Positions 1 through 10,396 of a stretch of DNA of 29,538 nt are shown one piece after another (within the stretch, counting starts at the first letter, position 1; each line of letters begins with the position of its first letter). The DNA is from Octopus sinensis. Its lineage: Eukaryota. The notes below the pieces were generated by a model. It made no database searches. It saw nothing but the letters and a program-made list of their open reading frames with translations, and was not told where the DNA came from. The translations under genes were made by a program, and so were the position numbers. The stretch lies in assembly GCF_006345805.1 (NCBI RefSeq), contig NW_021832325.1, positions 1-29,538 of the forward strand, written 5' to 3'.

Positions 1-906
1 AACTGAGCTCAGCATTTTGTCCGATTCTGGCAAATTTCTTGTTTTTGATGGTCCGTGTCATAATGCGATGTACTGCAATGACCAAATAACCCAATTCTGA
101 ACAACCGAGTCTTATGTAGTTTTAAATAAGTGTCGGCGATCCGAGACCGGTAATTAAGGGACTGAGTAGTTATAAATGCTTTCTGCAGTTTTAAATTAAT
201 CATTTTCCTGGACAAGGCGCAGATTGTCAGAAGTAGCTCTTCTTTATCCCAGCATTGCAATCTCGTTAATCATTAGTCAGTTCGATTATTTCAACAGTGA
301 AATAAGACACCACACTATCGTACCTGTTTAGAGCTAAGCCGACCGGGCCCTCTCGAGGATGAAATCTGTTTTGCCGTGAATAAACACAATACAGTGAATT
401 AGACCATTCTGTGGTGCTTGCTTATAACTAGGGAGACTGTATTGTTGAGGTTTACGTGTTCAGCCAAAAACGCAATGCAGTGAAATGATACGCCAACTTG
501 AGCTAACTAACTGATACTAACAGGTAACTAACTAATTACAGCTGATTGACTAGACTGATGACATTTATGTGCTTGACCATAGAGACATAGAGACCCCAGA
601 GCTTGGGAAAAAAAAACTTTGGTCGTCTTGTGTAGTCGAGGGCTTTTCGTTGACGCCCGACACCACTGGGGGGGGGTGACCCTCGAAATCGCTGAAAATG
701 GAGATCTCCAGGTCCAAATGCTTGAACGGCTGCTGCTGCTGCTGCTGCTACTACAACAACTAACTACTACTACTACTACTACTACACTACTACTACTACA
801 ACTACTACTACTACTACTGGAAATAGAGATCTCCAGGTCCAAATTCTTGAACGGTTGCTGCTGCTGCTGCTGCTGTTGTTGTTGTTTTTTTTTTGTTTTT
901 TTTTTG

Positions 907-955
907 TACTTGTTTCAGTCATTTGACTGCGGCCATGCTGGAGCACCGCCTTTAG
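907..955 (-). mobile_element. SINE family A, 3' tail fragment only
   Basis: Reverse complement of the family A tail (TAAAGGCGGTGCTCCAGCATGGCCGCAGTCAAATGACTGAAACAAGT) seen in the full copies at 10397 and 26363. Confidence 0.85.
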
Positions 956-956
956 A

Positions 957-1123
957 GTGGTGAAAGAGTACAGCAGGGATCACCACCTCCTGCCGGAGCC
1001 TCGTGGAGCTTTTAGGTGTTTTTTTCGCTCAATAAACACACACAACGCCCGGTCTGGGAATCGAAACCGCGATCCTCCGACCGCAAGTCCGCTGCCCTAA
1101 CCACTAGGCCATTGCGCCTCCAC
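957..1123 (-). mobile_element. SINE family B, 5' half (tRNA-like head)
   Basis: Minus strand reads GTGGAGGCGCAATGGCCTAGTGGTTAGGGCAGCGG...GGTTTCGATTCCCAG (Pol III A and B boxes); matches full copies at 18571, 21041 and 27241. Confidence 0.9.
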
Positions 1124-1684
1124 TTTGTTGTTGTTGTTGTTGTTGTTCACCCCTAATCGAGAACACCCATGATGAAAAAGGTATTCCAGTCGTGACCATC
1201 CAATCTTTCTTTTCCAGTCACAGTATTTTTAAAACTAAATTATACAGTTTAAGGAGGTTGTAGAGTGTGATATGAGAGAGGTTTGCTGTTGTTTATAGCA
1301 GATCAAGCAACACCTTTTGCTTAGGCATCGTGATCTCGTCATGCTTTTCCCCCACGCAGCTTATCTAAAACTACATTTTTTTGCATGTCCTTCAAATAGC
1401 GATGTGTGACGCTGGTTCGTGTGTAATGTTATTGAAGTCTTATTGAAAATTCCATGATACGCCGGATGTTAGAACTAAAGATACGGGGCAGTTATATTGA
1501 TGTAAGATAATGGCTACTGGTGTGAAAGAAGATTGTGTTTCACCGTTAATTTGCCAAAATACTAGTTTCCGGGCTTTCACGTCTGTTCATATCAGAAATC
1601 CACGTTATCAGACAAGTAAGGGTAAGGTGGGTGAATGGGTTAGAGTGAGTGGAAAAAATAAAAGAGGTTTATATAAAAAATATC

Positions 1685-1862
1685 TTTTCTTATTTTGGCC
1701 AAAAGCCAACAATTTTGAGCAATGTGGAAGTCGGCTACATCGAACTCGAAAGGGTGAAAGGCAAGGTCATCGACCGCAGAATTTTAATTCAGAACGTTAC
1801 GACGGACGAAAAGCTTAGTGATATTTCGTCCAGTACGATAAAGATTCTGCCAGCTGGCAACA
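1685..1862 (-). mobile_element. Degenerate SINE family C copy
   Basis: Minus strand GCCAGCTGGCAGAATC...GTAACGTTCTGAATTAAAATTCTGCGG...TTGCCTTTCACCCTTTCGAG aligns by eye with the family C head at 17903. Confidence 0.7.
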
Positions 1863-1919
1863 TTAAGAGGATGTGTAACAATTTGTTGCAAGTAGCACGG
1901 AGCATTATAGGGTCCAAAT

Positions 1920-2110
1920 ATGCGTGTGTGTATTTGTGTAGATATAGATATATATAAACGTATATATAAATATATATATGTATGTATATATATATATATA
2001 TATGCATATGTACATATGAATATATACACACATACACACACACATATATATGTATGTATGTGTATATATATTATATATATATATTATATATATATATATA
2101 TTATAATATA
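1920..2110. repeat. (TA)n/(CA)n microsatellite
   Basis: Directly visible. Confidence 0.95.
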
Positions 2111-2231
2111 CATACTTTATTTAAAAGCAGCAGAAATTCAACAAAACCTGTTACTCTGAGTTTCACGTTCCCATTCGTCAGACAGTTTTTGTTAAAATAG
2201 AACCGATATGCCAATTCCATCAAGACTCTGA

Positions 2232-2528
2232 GCACACACACGCACACACACACGCACACACGCCCATACATACACTCACACACAGAGGCCCATACAGATA
2301 CACACATACACACACTAACACAGAGGCCCATACAGACACACAAACAGGCCCACAGAGGCACTCACGCACACACACGCACGCACACACACACAAGCCTATA
2401 CATACACTCACACACAGAGGCCCATACAGATACACACACACACACACTAACACAGAGGCCCATACAGACACACACACTAACACAGAGGCCCATGCAGACA
2501 CACAAACAGGCCCACAGAGGCACTCACG

Positions 2529-2565
<37 letters not shown>

Positions 2566-3462
2566 GCCCATACATACACGCACACACAAGCACAGAGGCC
2601 CATACAGACACACAAACAGGCCCACAGAGGCACTCACGCACACACATACACACACACACACACAAGCCCATACATACACTCACACACAGAGGCCCATACA
2701 GATACACACACGCACACACAAGCACAGAGGCCCATACAGACACACAAACAGGCCCACAGAGGCACTCACGCACACACATACACACACACACACTCACACA
2801 CACACCACACACACACACACAAGCCCATACATACACTCACACACACAGGCCCATGCAGATACGCACACACACATACACACACACACACACAAACACAGAG
2901 GCCCATACAGACACACAAACAGGCCCACAGAGACATTCACTCACACACGCACACACACACAGTCACACACACTCACACACACACGCACAAGCACAGAGAC
3001 ACACAAACAGACCCACAGAGGCACTCACGCACACACACACACACACACTCACACACAACAAGCCCATACATACACACACACACAGAGGCCCATACAGATA
3101 CACACACGCACACACACAAACACAGAGACCCATACAGACACACAAACAGGCCCACAGAGGCACTCACGCACACACATACACACACACACACAGAGGCCCA
3201 TACAGATACACACACATACACACACACTAACACAGAGGCCCATACAGACACACAAACAGGCCCACAGAGGCACTCACACACACACACACACACACTAACA
3301 CAGAGGCCCATACAGACACACAAAAAGGCCCACAGAGGCACTCACATACACACACACACACCACACACACACACACACACAGAAGCCCATACATACACTC
3401 ACACACAGAGGCCCATACAGACACACAAACAGGCCCACAGAGGCACTCACTCTCACACACCA
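2232..3462. repeat. CA-rich compound minisatellite with recurring cores ACAGAGGCCCATACAGA(C/T)ACAC and AAACAGGCCCACAGAGGCACTCAC
   Basis: Both cores recur many times separated by variable (CA)n; explains all HT/CV-rich ORFs in the track. Confidence 0.95.
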
Positions 3463-3506
3463 GCAAATACATACCAAAGAATGGGCAAGACCAAATTATT
3501 GTACAC

Positions 3507-4719
3507 TTATATAATTACCATATCCGAATGTTCTCGAAGCCAGGAATACAATAACTGTTGGTTCATCTGATCCTCTAGTGGTTTCCCGCTAGAAATACCA
3601 GCCTGACCTTCATCAAACGTCACAATATTCTGGGAACGACCCCCACTGCTATCCTTCATGGCGAATATCTTACACACTTTTCTTGCTATCTTTTCTTCTC
3701 TCTCTTTCTTCTCTTTCTCCCCCTTTCTCTTCACCTCTTCCTCTTCCTCCTCCTCCTTCTCTTTCTTATTTTCCTGCTTCTCTTTCTTTTTGCTTTCCTC
3801 TTTTTCTCTTTCGTCCCTTGGCCTGCCCCTTTCTCCCCCGTCGTCGCTTCGTTTATCCCCGCACAGCGACCTTGCGCCCAAATTATCGATTCCGACTTCC
3901 GTCTCTATTTGATCCCCGTCCCGGTTCCTTTCGTCTGCGTCTTCTTCCGGTCCTTCTTTTCCTTCCTTTCCTTCAGAATCGTCGTCGTCGTCATCATCAT
4001 CATCATCATCATCATCATTATAGACATTCTCGTCGTCTTCATCTTCGTCATCATCATCATCACCAGCCTCCTCATCATCAGCGTCATCATTAATGTCATC
4101 ATCGTCATCATCACCATCATCTTCATTATCATCATCGTCGTCGTCATCGTCGTCATCGTAATCGTCGTCGTCGTCGTCTTCGACATGATCGTCATCGTCA
4201 TCATCATCATCATCCTCAGCATCACCATTATCATCATCATCATCATCATCGTAGTCGTCGTCGTCATCATCATTATCAATACTGCCATCATCCTGGTCAA
4301 TATCGATACTTTCATCCCCGTTTTCCTCAACATCATCGCCATCTATGTCAATATAATCATCGTCATCATTATCGATGTCTTCATCTCGACCTCCGATTCC
4401 TTCCCCAACATTTTCACCATCACCACCACCACCACCTCCATTTCTATACGCCGAGTCTTTAACTCTAACATCACCCCCGACGCCCTTCACGTTGGTGTAG
4501 GCCTTTACATTGTCCCTTCTACCCTTTTTAGATATATTTCTAACATCACCCCGGGTTTCTTTACCGCTCGAAGATGCTAAGTGTGTAATGTTCTTCTGAA
4601 AACCGTCCAGTTCCAGAGACGCCTTCTCGGAGGCTCCTTCAGCCAAGTTTCCATATTTCTGCTGCTGTCTGCGAATGCTTTGTTGGAAGATACGTTCGTA
4701 AAACGTAAGACGTGACGGC
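3507..4719 (-). CDS. Terminal exon of an uncharacterised gene (403 codons + TAA): PSRLTFYERIFQQSIRRQQQKYGNLAEG...Asp-rich tract...K/E-rich tract...LLYSWLREHSDMVII*
   Basis: Strong acceptor TTTCTTTCTTCTTTTCACCGCAG at 4720; phase 2; frame open for 1.2 kb across a GAT/GAC microsatellite; joins the 9524-9646 exon in frame (AA|G = Lys). Confidence 0.8.
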
Positions 4720-5021
4720 CTGCGGTGAAAAGAAGAAAGAAACGTGAATTATATTTTTGTATACGATAGACATGTTGATATATTTATAGAAAATATTATG
4801 GCGTCTTGGCATTTATTGCTATACAGCTTGAGTGAAATGTCTTAAATAATACTCTAAAAATAAATCCCGTTGTGTGTGTATATGTGTGTGTGATGTTTTA
4901 TTTGTACGTGCATATTTAAACATATGTCAAGTTTTTAAAAAAAACTATGTCCAGCCACTTGGAATATAGGATTCAAAGATAACTTTATACATATATTATA
5001 CATCATATATGCATACATAAG

Positions 5022-5153
5022 ACACGGTCATTGCAGTGTAGTAACTTCCTTAACAACCACATGGTTCCGGGTTCAGTCCCACTGCGTGGCACCTTGGGCT
5101 GACCTAAGCCTTGTGAGTAGATTTGGTAGACGGAAACTGAAAGAAGCCCATCG

Positions 5154-5157
<4 letters not shown>
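5022..5157 (+). mobile_element. SINE family A, 5' half (3' half displaced to 6268-6505)
   Basis: CCACATGGTTCCGGGTTCAGTCCCACTGCGTGGCACCTTGGGC...GAAAGAAGCCCATCG; degenerate head and an internal deletion. Confidence 0.85.
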
Positions 5158-5198
<41 letters not shown>

Positions 5199-5204
<6 letters not shown>

Positions 5205-5330
5205 TCGTAAAAAGTGAAAAAACTACAGGCTTGTTTTAAATGGTTAAAAAATATATATTTGAGTCAATATATATATTTTTTAACCTTTTAAAACAGCCTT
5301 CTGTAGATTTTTAACTTTTTATTATTTTCT
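5199..5330. repeat. ~130-bp imperfect palindrome (MITE-like hairpin)
   Basis: AGAAAATCGTAAAAAGTGAAAAAACTACAG...GGTTAAAAAATATATAT pairs with ATATATATTTTTTAACC...CTGTAGATTTTTAACTTTTTATTATTTTCT around a TGAGTCA centre. Confidence 0.75.
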
Positions 5331-5371
5331 ATATATTCAACCACGTGCTTTCACGTACCAACTTTCTTACC

Positions 5372-5420
<49 letters not shown>

Positions 5421-5454
5421 GTATGTATGTTGTGTCTGTGTCTATATGTTTGTA

Positions 5455-5495
<41 letters not shown>

Positions 5496-5529
5496 TGTGT
5501 GTGTGTGTATAAAAAATATATATAAAAAT

Positions 5530-5960
5530 ACAAAATGGGACAAGAACGCAAAACATTCAAATAGACGATACAAAAAACGGACGGGTCATTCGAAGCCTCT
5601 AATCTTCAGTCAAGAACCGGATCATCCTCGCAATTTCGGCTGTTTAATCTTGAGATCGCTCTGATCCGGCCAGCCCCAAGGAAAAACTAAGCTACGAGCA
5701 TTAGATTTCTTGGAAAAAGGATCGAATGTATACGAAACAAGGACAGAAAAACGGACGATGTTACACGAATAGAAATACAAAAAACAATAATAATAATAAC
5801 AGGACAAAAACAACAGGTGTCTTTCGACTTTAGACAGTTCAACTTAGCTTAGCTGGCGTATTTGGGAAATAATGCCTTACAGCAGACGAAAAGATCGATG
5901 TTGTCGTGGCGCTGGTCAGAAGCTGAAAGGCTATAGTTGACCGGCGGTCACGTGAGAAGA
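5530..5960. mobile_element. Unclassified interspersed-repeat-like insertion in (TA)n, possibly Penelope-related
   Basis: Non-coding block embedded in microsatellite and bracketed by a ~35-bp duplication (5415-5452 and 6266-6301); class assignment is inference only. Confidence 0.35.
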
Positions 5961-6214
5961 GAAGAGAGAGAGAAAAGGGGCAAAAGAATTAAAGAAAGGG
6001 AGAAGAGAGAGAAAAAGAGGAACAAAGGTATTAAAGAGGGGGAGAAGAGAGAGAGCGTGCCAAGGATTGTTGGGACAAAAGAAAGGCAGGGTCAGTGAGG
6101 TGCAAAGTGAGAAAGACAGAGAAATGTGAGAGAGTGGGGGAAGAGGAGACCAAGGAATCAAAGAGGCGAGAAAAGATAAAGACATAGAGACCAGTGAAAT
6201 ACAAAGTGATATAT

Positions 6215-6262
<48 letters not shown>

Positions 6263-6267
6263 ATATA

Positions 6268-6505
6268 GGTATGTATGTGTGTCTGTGTCTATATGTTTGT
6301 GTATCTTCGTTTGTCCCTACGATCGCTTGACAACCGATGTTGGTGTGTTTACGTCCCCGTAACTTAGCGGTTCGGCAAAAGAGTCCGATAGAATAAGTAC
6401 TAGGCTTACAAAGAATAAAGTTCTGGGGTCGATTTGCTCGACTAAAGGCGGTGCTCCAGTATGGCCACAGTCAAATGACTAAAAGAAATAAAAGAATAAA
6501 AGAAT
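6268..6505 (+). mobile_element. SINE family A, 3' half
   Basis: GCTTGACAACCGATGTTGGTGTG...GGTGCTCCAGTATGGCCACAGTCAAATGACT followed by an (AAAAGAAT)n-like tail. Confidence 0.9.
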
Positions 6506-6524
6506 ACTGTGTGTGAATACATAC

Positions 6525-7538
6525 ATACACAAACATACATGCATACATACATACATACATACATACATACATACATACATACATACATACATACATGCAT
6601 GCATGCATGCATGCATGCATACATACATACATACATACATACATACATACATGCATGCATACATACATACATACATGCATGCATGCATGCATGCATGCAT
6701 GCATACATACATACATACATACATGCATACATACATGCATGCATGCGTATATACATACATACATATATGCATACATACATACATACATGCATACATACAT
6801 ACATACATACATACATGCATGCATGCATGCATACATACATACATACATACATACATACATGCATGCATGCGTATATACATACATACATATATGCATACAT
6901 ACATACATACATGCATACATACATACATACATGCATGCATGCATGCATACATACATACATACATACATGCATACATACATACATGCATACATACATGCAT
7001 GCATGCGTATATACATACATACATATATGCATACATACATACATACATACATACATACATGCATGCATGCATGCATACATACATACATACATACATACAT
7101 GCATGCATGCGTATATACATACATACATACATGCATGCATGCGTATATGCATACATACATACATACATACATGCATACATACATACATACATGCATGCAT
7201 ACATACATACATACATACATACATACATACATACATGCATGCATGCGTATATACATACATACATACATATATGCATACATACATACATACATACATGCAT
7301 ACATACATACATGCATGCATGCATGCATACATACATCATACATACTACATACATACATACATGCATGCATGCAATATACATTACATACATAATGCATACA
7401 TACATACATACATGCAACATACATACATACATGCATGCATGCATGCATACATACATACATAAATACATACATACATACGTACATACATACATACGTACAT
7501 ACATACATACATACATACATACATACATACATACATAC
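6525..7538. repeat. ~1-kb (ATAC)n/(ATGC)n tetranucleotide satellite
   Basis: Directly visible; source of the MYVC/HTYI ORFs. Confidence 0.97.
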
Positions 7539-7539
7539 T

Positions 7540-8584
7540 AGTTCCAGTGAAAATAGTCGAAGCCATAGCCGACCTAACTAAACCAAAATGTGACTGTATT
7601 ATCACCGATAGAATATATTATCGCAAAGGCATACTTTCTGTAAACCCCTTGTCATTCATGTTAAGGAAGTCTGAAGGACATCTCACTGGTTCACAGGGAA
7701 ACAGAAGTACCAAAATTACACACAGTTTCTTTGTGGATGGCTTAAAACTTTATACATAGAATATTCATGAGATTTAAAAGACCCTGACCTAGTTAGAACA
7801 TTTCTCAAATTATGTAGGGTTGGAGTTTGGTCAGGATAAATACTCTTACTCTTTTACTCTTTCACTTGTTTCAGCGGCAATGCTGGAGCACCGCCTTTAG
7901 TCGAGCAAATCGCCCCGGGACTTATTCTTTTGGAGCCCAGAACTTATTCTATCGGTCTCTTTTGCCGAACCGCTAAGTGACGGGGACGTAACACACACCA
8001 GCATCAGTTGTCAAGCAATGCTAGGGGGGACAACACAGACACACAACATACACACACACACATATATATATATACATATATACGACAGGCTTCTTTCAGT
8101 TTCCGTCTACCAAATCCACTCACAAGGCATTGGTCCGCCCCGGGGCTATAGCGAGACACTTGCCCAAGATGCCACGCAGTGGGACTGAACCCAGAACCAT
8201 GTGGTTGGTTAGCAAGCTACTTACCACACAGCCACTCCTGCGCCTATGTTGTTATATAGTTGTGAAAAGGGGGAAAACTATAAACCAGACTACTAGCATC
8301 TCCATCAATGATTTGACTGTCTCCCCTGTACCTGATGGGGAATGTCACAGATATCTAGGGGTGGATGAAAATATATCTCACAAAACACGTGTCGCTGTAA
8401 GAGAACACGTATCACTAAAGAATATTATAGACGAATAACGAAACTTTGGACCTCAGAACTCTCCGCATTCAATAAAACAGGGGCTCACAATATATTTGAA
8501 GTGCCAGTACTCATACCAACATTTGGGCTGCTTGATTAGACGCTTGATGAGTTCTGAGCCATTGATGTGAAAATCCGAAAAATA

Positions 8585-8587
<3 letters not shown>
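7540..8587 (+). mobile_element. Decayed R4/Dong-like (R2-superfamily) non-LTR retrotransposon RT fragment, interrupted by a SINE
   Basis: Translates as LSVNPLSFMLRK..KITHSFFVDGLKLY..FSNYVGLEFGQDK|CCYIVVKRG..HRYLGVDEN..KLWTSELSAFNK..NIFEVPVLIPTFG..IDVKIRKIL, recognisably the ..LNPLS../..HLLYMDDLKLY../..GMEFGLDKC../..YKYLG.. motif series of R4-clade RTs; contains stops and frameshifts. Confidence 0.85.
7842..8245 (-). mobile_element. SINE family A, full length (tRNA head plus CORE-like segment)
   Basis: Head TAGGCGCAGGAGTGGCTGTGTGG, B box GGTTCAGTCCC, CATCTTGGGCAAGTG resembling the MIR/CORE motif GACCTTGGGCAAGT, (AAGAGTA)n tail. Confidence 0.92.

Positions 8588-8642
<55 letters not shown>
8585..8642. 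repeat. (CT)n microsatellite
   Basis: Directly visible. Confidence 0.95.
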
Positions 8643-8646
<4 letters not shown>

Positions 8647-8789
8647 CTTTCTGTCTCTTGCTGGTTTATGGAATGGTGTGTAGAGTTTGTGCGTCGCGCT
8701 CAAATGTTTCCCGCCAACTTTCCTACGTGCCACCCGCCTATTTCAAGCATGGCAGACTACAGGTAGACGGAAAATAAACAAAAAGAAAT

Positions 8790-8922
8790 GCCAACAACAA
8801 CAACAACAATAATAGTAAAACAACAACAACCAAAGCAAAAATATAAAAAAAAACAAGAAAAACAACAATGAAAAACAACAACAACAGCCGGAACAAAATC
8901 TACTGCTACGACTACTACTACT

Positions 8923-8954
<32 letters not shown>

Positions 8955-9195
8955 ACTACTACTACTACAACTACTACTACAACTACTACTACTACTACTA
9001 CTGCTGCTGCTACTACTACTACTACAACTACTACTACTTTCACCGCTACTACTACTACTACTACTACTACAACAACTACTACTTTCACCGCTACTACTAC
9101 TACTACTACTGCTACGACTACGACTACTACTACTACTACTACAACAACTACTACTTTCACCGCTACTACTACTACTACTACTGCTATGACTACGA

Positions 9196-9227
<32 letters not shown>

Positions 9228-9449
9228 ACTACTACTACAACTACTACTACTTTCACCGCTACTACTACTACTACTACTGCTATGACTACTACTACTACTG
9301 CTGCTGCTACTACTATTACTACAAGAACAAAACGTACGAGAAAATTCACACGAACAACGGGAACAAGAACAACAACAATAACAACAACAACAACAACACC
9401 CCACATGAACAGCAACAAAAGCATGAACGACAATAGCAACCACAACAAT

Positions 9450-9480
<31 letters not shown>
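8790..9480. repeat. Compound trinucleotide array (ACA/CTA/CTG)n with four copies of a TTTCACCGCT spacer
   Basis: Directly visible; spacer near 9037, 9082, 9154 and 9250. Confidence 0.95.
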
Positions 9481-9483
<3 letters not shown>

Positions 9484-9523
9484 GCGGTTTAAACTTTGAA
9501 GAACAGCAAATATTTTTCCTTAC

Positions 9524-9646
9524 TTGATGATGCAGTATTTTCTAAGAATATCAATTGACTGTTCTGTTGCCAAGGACGAATTCTCTTCGAGTTCTTCTTC
9601 TTCCTCTTCAGCCATTTCTTCCTCTCCTTCCTCTTCAACTTGGATC
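9524..9646 (-). CDS. Internal exon, 123 nt, phase 2-2: IQVEEEGEEEMAEEEEEELEENSSLATEQSIDILRKYCIIK
   Basis: Acceptor CTCTTATATTCCACAG, donor GTAAGG; open frame compatible with both neighbouring exons. Confidence 0.8.
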
Positions 9647-9714
9647 CTGTGGAATATAAGAGAATATATATATATATATCGAATGCCAGAAAAAGAAATC
9701 AAAATACTTATGAT

Positions 9715-9751
9715 GTTGTTGACGTTGTAGTCGTCGTCGTCGTCGTCGTCG

Positions 9752-9809
<58 letters not shown>

Positions 9810-10010
9810 TGGGGTGGTAATGGTGGTGGTGGCGGCGGCGGGCTAGTGGTGGTGGTGGTGGTGTTGTTGTTGTTGGCGGTGATGGTGGTTGTAGTGGTGG
9901 TGGTGGTGGTCGTCGTCGTCGTCGTGGTGAGGGTGGCTGTGGTCAGGGTGGTGGTGGTGGTTGTGGTGAGGGTGGTGGTTGTGGTGGTGGTGGTGGTGAG
10001 GGTGTTTAAT
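9715..10010. repeat. Compound (GTC/GTT/GCT/GGT)n trinucleotide array
   Basis: Directly visible. Confidence 0.95.
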
Positions 10011-10396
10011 CCCCCCCCATCCACCAGGTCAAACTTATTGAGCCCGCTTGTGGGAAATGTGAACTGTTCAAGATTTAATAAGTTTACCGCCTGTGATCGT
10101 TGTTGTCATCGTTGTAGTTACCGTTGTTGTTATTGTCGGTGTTGCTGTAGTTGTTAGCTTTGTTGTTGTTGTTGTTGTTGTTGCGGTGATAGTGGTGGTG
10201 TATGTGGTGGGGGTGTTTGATGTTGACCCCCACACCCATACCCACCAGTTGACTCTAAGGACTTCTGAGCACCTGACAAAAATTCCAGACACCTCAACTC
10301 ACCACATCTCCGCCAGAAACATTGAAGAGCCGTGCTGTGTGGAAACGTGCCTGACCAATGGAGAACAGATGTACTCCTTGTCTAAAAAAAAAATCC

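Noticed and set aside
9-260. 83-aa minus-strand ORF (MQCWDKEELL...)
   Set aside because: No recognisable motif or splice context; only a faint, unverifiable resemblance to LINE ORF1 text.
2220-3477. Long HT/CV-rich ORFs
   Set aside because: Translations of the CA-rich minisatellite, open on both strands in several frames.
3658-4580. Plus-strand and alternate-frame ORFs (poly-I/V, poly-H, poly-M)
   Set aside because: Shadows of the Asp-rich exon's trinucleotide repeat.
5581-5615. CTGAAGA...GAA on the minus strand as a further hammerhead
   Set aside because: No convincing stem II and no A-U closing pair or palindromic stem III after GAA.
5881-5930. Minus-strand exon candidate with GTAAGG donor
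   Set aside because: The frame needed for the terminal exon has a TGA; lies in a repeat-like insertion.
6442-7541. 265-353-aa MYVC/HTYI ORFs
   Set aside because: Tetranucleotide satellite artefacts; the same applies to 16907-17612.
8684-8762. Plus-strand exon candidate (EFVRRAQMFPANF...) and nearby E2F-like TTTCCCGC
   Set aside because: Isolated, weak acceptor, no partner exons; a single short motif is not evidence.
10215-10385. Possible R2/NeSL-like C-terminal fragment
   Set aside because: Similarity too vague to support.
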